Part shown: positions 31,557-32,000 of the stretch, one piece after another
Numbering within the stretch: the stretch's first letter is position 1
How the letters are laid out: every line of letters begins with the position of its first letter
Source: Candidatus Lokiarchaeum ossiferum
GTDB lineage: Archaea > Asgardarchaeota > Lokiarchaeia > Sigyniarchaeales > Promethearchaeaceae
DNA length: 32,000 nt
Assembly (NCBI GenBank): GCA_025839675.1
Contig: CP104013.1
Coordinates: 1,020,001-1,052,000, forward strand
Reading direction: 5' to 3'
Made by a program: the position numbers and the translations under genes
The notes under the pieces: generated by a model
Told to the model about the DNA's origin: nothing
Database searches by the model: none
The model's input: only the letters and a program-made list of their open reading frames with translations

Positions 31557-32000
31557 TTAAAATTGATGGAAATAATCCGTATAATTTTTTTTAGATTCAA
31601 AATAGTAGACAAGAAGATATATAATTATTGAGAAAACCGGTATCAATAATCCCACCAATAATATATCCATAAATTTGAAAAAAATGGGTGTTTTTATGTC
31701 TTGAAAGTTCAATTCAACAGCCCCTAACAATTTAGTAACAAAAATACCCTCAATTGCTCCGCTAAAAATTCCAGTGAATAAGGAAATCGTAAAAACCATC
31801 AGTGTCTCAGTTAATAAAAGCTTTAAAACACCTTTTTTTCCATATCCACGAGCTAAAAGGACACCTTGATTAAATTTATCCGCTTTCCTCAAAAATACTA
31901 ATAATATTGCAACACCAATAGCAATAATTAATCCAATAGCAATAAAATCCAAATATAGCACGGAATAAATCGTATTGGTTAAAGCACCTTCAAATATATT
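31557..32000 (-). CDS. C-terminal part of a third double-FtsX-type permease (the CDS continues beyond the window end)
   Basis: The reverse frame stays open to base 32000 (NIFEGALTNTIYS precedes the track's GTG at 31961). LLARGYGKKGVLKLLLTETL and the tail ESKKNYTDYFHQF parallel 21944-25315 (ESKRKYTDYFHQF) at roughly half identity. Confidence 0.8.
   Translation of the reverse strand, partial: NIFEGALTNTIYSVLYLDFIAIGLIIAIGVAILLVFLRKADKFNQGVLLARGYGKKGVLKLLLTETLMVFTISLFTGIFSGAIEGIFVTKLLGAVELNFQDIKTPIFFKFMDILLVGLLIPVFSIIIYLLVYYFESKKNYTDYFHQF

Noticed and set aside
1-32000. CRISPR arrays, tRNA/rRNA genes, integrases/transposases and toxin-antitoxin or known defence genes
   Set aside because: I scanned all intergenic regions by eye. 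I found no regularly spaced direct repeats, no GC-rich cloverleaf-like segments and no recombinase or nuclease motifs. This absence should be confirmed with tRNAscan/Infernal/CRISPR finders.

Overview
This is an AT-rich, gene-dense archaeal window. No rRNA, tRNA, CRISPR array or IS element is recognisable. The gene content suggests an Asgard (Lokiarchaeia-like) genome; this is an inference from content, not a search result. It includes a Rag/Gtr1-like GTPase with a roadblock tail, a stand-alone Roadblock/LC7 protein, a Krueppel-type C2H2 finger protein, a FlaK-like A24 peptidase and a KaiC-like ATPase.

The most interesting locus is a compact ubiquitin-like conjugation cassette at 16069-20789. 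By hand comparison with human sequences recalled from memory, its parts resemble the UFM1 / UBA5 / UFC1 cascade rather than canonical ubiquitin or the SAMP/Urm1 type. The cassette also encodes a JAMM/MPN+ protease and a protein that joins a CDC48-N-like domain to tandem winged helices.

The remaining genes are:
- two MBL-fold hydrolases
- a Dus-type flavoenzyme
- a radical SAM/SPASM enzyme
- a glutaconate-CoA-transferase-like A/B pair
- PAS proteins
- a run of three low-complexity coiled-coil proteins
- a large MacB/FtsX-type ABC transporter region

In the transporter region the ATPase gene occurs twice, with a 991-bp perfectly identical core 9610 bp apart, while the flanking permease genes have diverged.

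All family calls come from motif recognition by eye and need profile or structure searches.
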